A DNA stretch of 20,000 nt from an uncultured virus (IMG/VR IMGVR_UViG_3300025009_000092) (Duplodnaviria; Heunggongvirae; Uroviricota; Caudoviricetes). Location: IMG/VR virus record IMGVR_UViG_3300025009_000092. One strand, written 5' to 3'. This document shows positions 15,747-20,000 of this stretch, piece after piece. The position numbers were made by a program, and so were the translations under genes. How positions within the stretch are numbered: position 1 is the first letter of the stretch; the number at the start of each line of letters is the position of its first letter. The notes under the pieces were generated by a model. That model searched no databases, was not told the DNA's origin, and saw only the letters and a list, made by a program, of their open reading frames with translations.

Positions 15747-16121
15747 ATGTCAATCACAGTAACCAAGAAGTTTAGTTTTTGTTATGCTCACCACTTGCCG
15801 GAGTATGATGGAGACTGCTCCCGTGTTCATGGCCACAATAGTGCCGTTGAGGTCGAATTCACCAATGAGTATGGTCAGCTGCCAAGACCATATCCGGGCA
15901 TGGTAGTCGACTTCAAGGATATCAAGAAAATTGTCGGGCCGATTATTGATCAGCTTGATCATCGGTATTTGAATGATATTCTTGACCCCTTTAATCCCAC
16001 CGCCGAGACCATTGCAAATTGGATTGCCGGCCGGATAATGGAGACCCCACTTGGTCCGGGATTGATCAGGGTGCAGGTTTCGGAAACTGACGATTCTTTT
16101 GCCACCTGGAGAAAAGCATGA
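15747..16121 (+). CDS. queD: 6-carboxy-5,6,7,8-tetrahydropterin synthase
   Basis: FCYAHHL, CSRVHGHN, MVVDF, LDHRYLN, PTAE, VSET; AAGGAG RBS with ATG 15747. Confidence 0.95.
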   Translation: MSITVTKKFSFCYAHHLPEYDGDCSRVHGHNSAVEVEFTNEYGQLPRPYPGMVVDFKDIKKIVGPIIDQLDHRYLNDILDPFNPTAETIANWIAGRIMETPLGPGLIRVQVSETDDSFATWRKA

Positions 16122-16774
16122 AAACGAAGATTAATATCATGTCAATTTTCTTTTCAATCTCCGGAGAGGTCAATATCTGGCCGCAAGGAGCCCCGACCAT
16201 ATTCATTCGTTTTGCTGGTTGCAATTTGGCTTGCCACTATTGCGATACCAAACAATCAATCAATGCTGCCGGTACCCAGATGACTGTCGAAGAAATAGTC
16301 GAGCAGGTCAAATCTTTTGATTGTCAGCGGGTTTTGATCACCGGCGGGGAACCCCTATTACAAAAGAATGGTCTACAGGCATTAATCAGAGAACTTGATA
16401 TCCAGGGATATGTGACTAGTGTTGAAACAAATGGATCTCTTCCCCTGGATATCCTTCCTGAGCATCCGGATTGCTGGGTGGTCGATATCAAGATGCCGGG
16501 GAGTGGATATTTTGATTCTATGATCCTGCCGGAAAAACACCTGGAAGATGCCGAAGTCTGGGATAATTTGATTTTCAAATTCCCAATTGAGAATGAACGA
16601 GACTTCCAAACCGCGGCCGATATTATAAAGGATCTGAGCGAACACGCGGCCGGATTCGCTCTTTCCCCGATTTCCCCCTTGACTGCAATTGAATTATGGG
16701 GATGGATGGTCAGAGCCGGATTGACTCATTGTATCCTAAATACCCAGATTCATAAGTTTTTAAAATTAGAATAG
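16118..16774 (+). CDS. queE: 7-carboxy-7-deazaguanine synthase (radical SAM)
   Basis: IFFSISGE, FIRFAGCNLACHYCDT (CX3CX2C), ITGGEP, VETNG, QIHK. Confidence 0.95.
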   Translation: MKTKINIMSIFFSISGEVNIWPQGAPTIFIRFAGCNLACHYCDTKQSINAAGTQMTVEEIVEQVKSFDCQRVLITGGEPLLQKNGLQALIRELDIQGYVTSVETNGSLPLDILPEHPDCWVVDIKMPGSGYFDSMILPEKHLEDAEVWDNLIFKFPIENERDFQTAADIIKDLSEHAAGFALSPISPLTAIELWGWMVRAGLTHCILNTQIHKFLKLE

Positions 16775-16802
16775 ACTGCCGGCAGAATTATTTTGCCGGA
16801 AT

Positions 16803-16853
16803 GTAAAATATTTCCGTAGAAAATCATTCGAAAACAGTATAATAGGATAGAAG
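16803..16853 (+). promoter_or_regulatory. Repeated phage promoter-like motif, copy 2
   Basis: GTAAAATA...AGAAAA...GAAAACAGTATAATAGGATAGAAG, matching 11088-11137; preceded by the hairpin CCGGCAGAA/TTTTGCCGG (16779-16799). Confidence 0.75.
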
Positions 16854-16915
16854 ATAAAAATGGTCAGTGTGATCATTTGCCAGGATTTCCAAACCAAGAA
16901 TAAAGGAGAATTGCC

Positions 16916-17719
16916 ATGAGTGAACCCAAACGCCCCGAATTGATTGCTGCCGCAAAGGAATTGAACACCCTGCTGGACCCCGATCCCAAGATCAAGACGG
17001 TCGGCGTAAAGACTGATGAATTGACCAAGGCTATTGTGGTAGCGGCCGGCCTGCTCGATAAGGGGGATTCCCTGACGACCGAAACCCACGCCGTCCTCTG
17101 CGCCCTGGAAGTTGAGTTACCGGAAGGCCTGGTCATTGCCGCTGCCGATGCGGATGATGAAAATGGCGATAATGCCCAGGAAGAGAAAAAGCCCGAGCCG
17201 GCAATTGAGCGGGAAGACCTGGTTGCCCTGATCGAAGAAATGAACAAGGTCATGGATCTGGACCCGGCAATCGAAGCCAGTGAGAAATCAAGCATCGACG
17301 GTCTCAAGAAACTGATCCATGATAATTGCTACGATAAGGGCGAGTGCCAGGTCTTTGATACCGACAAATTCAGCCCCGAAGCATGGGAAACCTTGACGGT
17401 CCTGGGTGTCCGGCCGGTAGTTACCAAGAAGGCCAAGGATAAGCCGGCAAAAGCCGAGAAGGCAGAAAAGCCCGCCAAGGCCGGAAAAGCGGAGAAGGCT
17501 GAGAAGCCGGCAAAGGCCAAGAAAGAGAAAAAGGAAAAATCCCCCGGCACCCCTTCCAATAAGCGGATTGTTTATGACCTCTTTGCGGCCGGCGAGAAGG
17601 ATCAGGCAAAAATGCTGAAAGCCACGAATGATGCTGTATCCGCCACGACCATCAAGATTTGGATCTCCATGTGGGCCAAGGGTAAAAACCTGCCGGCAGG
17701 TATCAAAGCCGCCGAATGA
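16916..17719 (+). CDS. Hypothetical protein: duplicated acidic domain, Lys/Ala-rich (histone H1-like) repeats, small C-terminal domain
   Basis: AAAGGAG RBS; KPAKAEKAEKPAKAGKAEKAEKPAKAKK; two similar N-terminal units. Confidence 0.8.
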   Translation: MSEPKRPELIAAAKELNTLLDPDPKIKTVGVKTDELTKAIVVAAGLLDKGDSLTTETHAVLCALEVELPEGLVIAAADADDENGDNAQEEKKPEPAIEREDLVALIEEMNKVMDLDPAIEASEKSSIDGLKKLIHDNCYDKGECQVFDTDKFSPEAWETLTVLGVRPVVTKKAKDKPAKAEKAEKPAKAGKAEKAEKPAKAKKEKKEKSPGTPSNKRIVYDLFAAGEKDQAKMLKATNDAVSATTIKIWISMWAKGKNLPAGIKAAE

Positions 17720-18123
17720 AACGAATAGCCTTCATAGGTTGTTCAAAGAGGAAGAAAACCTCCCCCTGCCAGGCAAAGGACCTGTATCAGGGGGAGTTGT
17801 TTAAAAAATCTCTTCGTTATTGCCAACAAGAAAAATTCGACGAAATATATATTCTGTCTGCCAAATATGGATTGGTCTTTTTACAAGATATCATCCAGCC
17901 GTACGAAAAAACCCTGAATACATTTACAGAAGACGAAAAGAAAAATTGGTCCGATAAAGTAAAACAACAAATTTTAGAAAAGAATATTTCCGGGGAATTT
18001 TGGTTCTTTTGCGGAAGCAATTACCATAAACATTTTGAAGGTGAAAAACCTTTATTTGGTTTATCCCTTGGATATCAATTAAACTGGTTCAATCAAAAAT
18101 TAAAAAAGGGGTTCAATCTATGA
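17716..18123 (+). CDS. DUF6884-like protein
   Basis: IGCSKRK.....AKDLY.G.LF....Y......YILSAKYGL.....I.PYE.TL; AT-rich; coupled to both neighbours. Confidence 0.75.
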   Translation: MKRIAFIGCSKRKKTSPCQAKDLYQGELFKKSLRYCQQEKFDEIYILSAKYGLVFLQDIIQPYEKTLNTFTEDEKKNWSDKVKQQILEKNISGEFWFFCGSNYHKHFEGEKPLFGLSLGYQLNWFNQKLKKGFNL

Positions 18124-18782
18124 AAATCGTCTTATCGCTATCCGGCGGGATGGATTCCGCCGCCCTGCTCGGGACCCTGCTCGGGACTGGCCATGAAGTT
18201 TTTGCCGTCTCTTTCTTCTATGGTTCCAAGCACAATCAGTATGAATTGGAAGCCGCCCGGAAGCTGACCGAGCATTATGGTATAAAGCGGCAGTCAATGG
18301 ATATCTCCGGGATCTTCGCCGGGTTCAAGTCGGCCCTGCTGAAAGAGGATTCCCGGTCGATCCCGGAAGGTCATTATGAAGACCGTACTATGGTACAAAC
18401 GGTCGTACCTGGGCGGAATATGATCTTCTCGGCTATCCTTGCGGGGTTGGCCCAATCATTCGAGTACGACGCGGTAGCGCTCGGTATCCATGCAGGGGAT
18501 CATACCATCTATCCGGATTGCCGGCCAGTCTTCAAAGAAAGCATGGATCTGGCCATTAAAACCGCTTCTGAGTATTCGGTTTCCTTGTATGCCCCTTTCC
18601 TGGGAATGAGCAAGGGAGATATCGTCAAGGTCGGGATGGAGCACAAAGTTCCTTTTAAATTGACCCGCACCTGTTATAAGGATCAGTCTTTGTCTTGTGG
18701 AAAATGTGGATCATGTACCGAAAGATTGGAAGCATTCGCCGAGAATGGCCTGGTTGATCCGATTCAGTATGCGGTAAAGTAA
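18120..18782 (+). CDS. queC: 7-cyano-7-deazaguanine (preQ0) synthase
   Basis: SLSGGMDS PP-loop, VPGRNMIF, YPDCR, TRTCY...CGKCGSC.ER zinc site. Confidence 0.96.
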   Translation: MKIVLSLSGGMDSAALLGTLLGTGHEVFAVSFFYGSKHNQYELEAARKLTEHYGIKRQSMDISGIFAGFKSALLKEDSRSIPEGHYEDRTMVQTVVPGRNMIFSAILAGLAQSFEYDAVALGIHAGDHTIYPDCRPVFKESMDLAIKTASEYSVSLYAPFLGMSKGDIVKVGMEHKVPFKLTRTCYKDQSLSCGKCGSCTERLEAFAENGLVDPIQYAVK

Positions 18783-18794
18783 ATAGGAGGCTCC

Positions 18795-19679
18795 GTGAAA
18801 AGAATTATTACAAATGAAGAAGTAGAACTTGCTTGCCTGCCAATAATAAAATCAATCCCAAAAGATGAACTAGGGTTTGGTGGGCCGAGTTTTTATGGTG
18901 TGCCGCGCGGAGGAATTGCCCCTGCATATATGCTGGCCGGATTAACCGATGGTTCCGTAGCGGATCATCCTAAAAAAGCCGACTATATTATTGATGACCT
19001 GATTGATTCCGGCAGTACCCGAGATCGATACGCCAAACTCTATCCCGACACTCCATTCATTACTCTTTTTGAAAAAACCGATCCGATGGAATGGCTGGTC
19101 TTCCCCTGGGAAGTTACCGAGCAGGGCCATGACACCTCTGCGGAAGATATCCCATCTCGTTTTTTAGAATTTATCGGAGAGGATTTAAATCGGGATGGAT
19201 TAAAAGAAACTCCAAAACGAATGATTAAAGCCTGGAAAGAAATTTTCAGCGGATATGAACAAAATCCATCTGATGTTATAAAAACTTTCGAATCAGATGG
19301 ATATGATCAAATAGTCCTTTTACGGGATATTGAATTATATTCCATGTGCGAACATCACGCATTACCATTTGTAGGCCGGGCACATGTCGCATATATTCCT
19401 GGAGGCAAGGTTATCGGTATTTCAAAGCTCGCAAGACTGATTGATATCTTTTCCAAAAGATTACAAATTCAAGAAAGAATAGGAGATCAGGTGACCTCAA
19501 TTCTCATGAATGAATTGAATGCCCAGGGAGCCGCCTGCATAATTGAAGCAGATCATTTCTGTATCAGAATGAGGGGCGTCGGAAAGCAGCATTCTACTAT
19601 GGTAACCTCTTCAATGAAAGGCGTATTTTTAACTAAGCCTGAAGCAAGATCCGAGTTATTGAGTTTGATCCGGTCATGA
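18795..19679 (+). CDS. folE: Fusion of a type I (Gpt-like) phosphoribosyltransferase domain and GTP cyclohydrolase I
   Basis: N-terminus: YGVPRGG, IIDDLIDSGST (PRPP loop), WLVFPWE. C-terminus: RDGLKETPKR, SMCEHHALPF.G, GISKLAR, LQIQER, HFCIRMRG. AGGAGG RBS with GTG start. Confidence 0.93.
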   Translation: MKRIITNEEVELACLPIIKSIPKDELGFGGPSFYGVPRGGIAPAYMLAGLTDGSVADHPKKADYIIDDLIDSGSTRDRYAKLYPDTPFITLFEKTDPMEWLVFPWEVTEQGHDTSAEDIPSRFLEFIGEDLNRDGLKETPKRMIKAWKEIFSGYEQNPSDVIKTFESDGYDQIVLLRDIELYSMCEHHALPFVGRAHVAYIPGGKVIGISKLARLIDIFSKRLQIQERIGDQVTSILMNELNAQGAACIIEADHFCIRMRGVGKQHSTMVTSSMKGVFLTKPEARSELLSLIRS

Positions 19680-19851
19680 AAATTTACCTGGCCGGCAATA
19701 CCCCTGATCGAGTAAAAGAAGAAAAGTTATTTCGAAAGAATGGAATTTGCCCCCCCGCAGACTCATGGCTTATCATTATCTCATCTGTGATAAATCGGTA
19801 ATGGAGATGTTTAAATATTTCATCCAAGGTTCCATCCAGAAAAAGAAATGA
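19676..19851 (+). pseudogene. Short MKIYLAG protein, apparently frameshifted at a C7 tract
   Basis: As read it stops at 19801. One extra C at 19750-19756 gives ...CPPRRLMAYHYLICDKSVMEMFKYFIQGSIQKKK*, ending in an ATGA overlap with the next ORF. Confidence 0.6.
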
Positions 19852-20000
19852 AGATTTATTTAGCCGGGGTTCCGGGGGGGGGCAGTCCCGGGTATTGCAA
19901 AAGGGAGATTGAACTGATTGATAAAAATCTATTTAAAACCAGATTACATTCTTTTTATCATCTAAAAATCACGAATAATAGTATAATAAAGCAGAAGAAA
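19848..20000 (+). CDS. Second MKIYLAG paralog, truncated by the window end; possibly related to the N-terminus of DpdA/TGT-like proteins
   Basis: MKIYLAGVPGGGSPGYCKREIELIDKNLFKTRLHSFYHLKITNNSIIKQKK, open to 20000; contains a G9 tract at 19874-19882. Confidence 0.6.
   Translation, partial: MKIYLAGVPGGGSPGYCKREIELIDKNLFKTRLHSFYHLKITNNSIIKQKK

Noticed and set aside
16779..16799. Intrinsic terminator after queE
   Set aside because: The hairpin has no following U-tract; noted only as a dyad next to the promoter motif.
1..20000. Stop-codon recoding
   Set aside because: Conserved genes are full length under the standard code, and TAA, TGA and TAG all serve as ordinary stops.

Overview
The window is part of a tailed dsDNA phage (or prophage) genome. 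The left end (minus strand) is the packaging module: a partial probable portal gene, a small helical protein, terL and terS. Everything else runs on the plus strand. First come an HNH-AP2 homing endonuclease and an early region of short ORFs behind a consensus sigma70 promoter. This early region holds two complete hammerhead ribozymes (type III at 3389-3442, type II at 3932-4004), denV and a phage sigma factor. Next is a replication module: SNF2 helicase, SLOG protein, primase, an initiator with internal iterons, a DnaC-like loader and a DnaB-like helicase. A ~670-nt non-coding, highly structured block (11203-11870) includes a tRNA-like RNA with a ~150-nt structured insert in place of the anticodon arm. 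Nucleotide-metabolism genes follow (thyX, two MazG-like proteins), then a 7-deazaguanine (preQ0) cluster: queD, queE, DUF6884-like, queC, an unusual phosphoribosyltransferase-FolE fusion, and two short MKIYLAG paralogs that each carry a homopolymer tract. All calls come from reading motifs and base-pairing by eye; no searches or folding programs were run.
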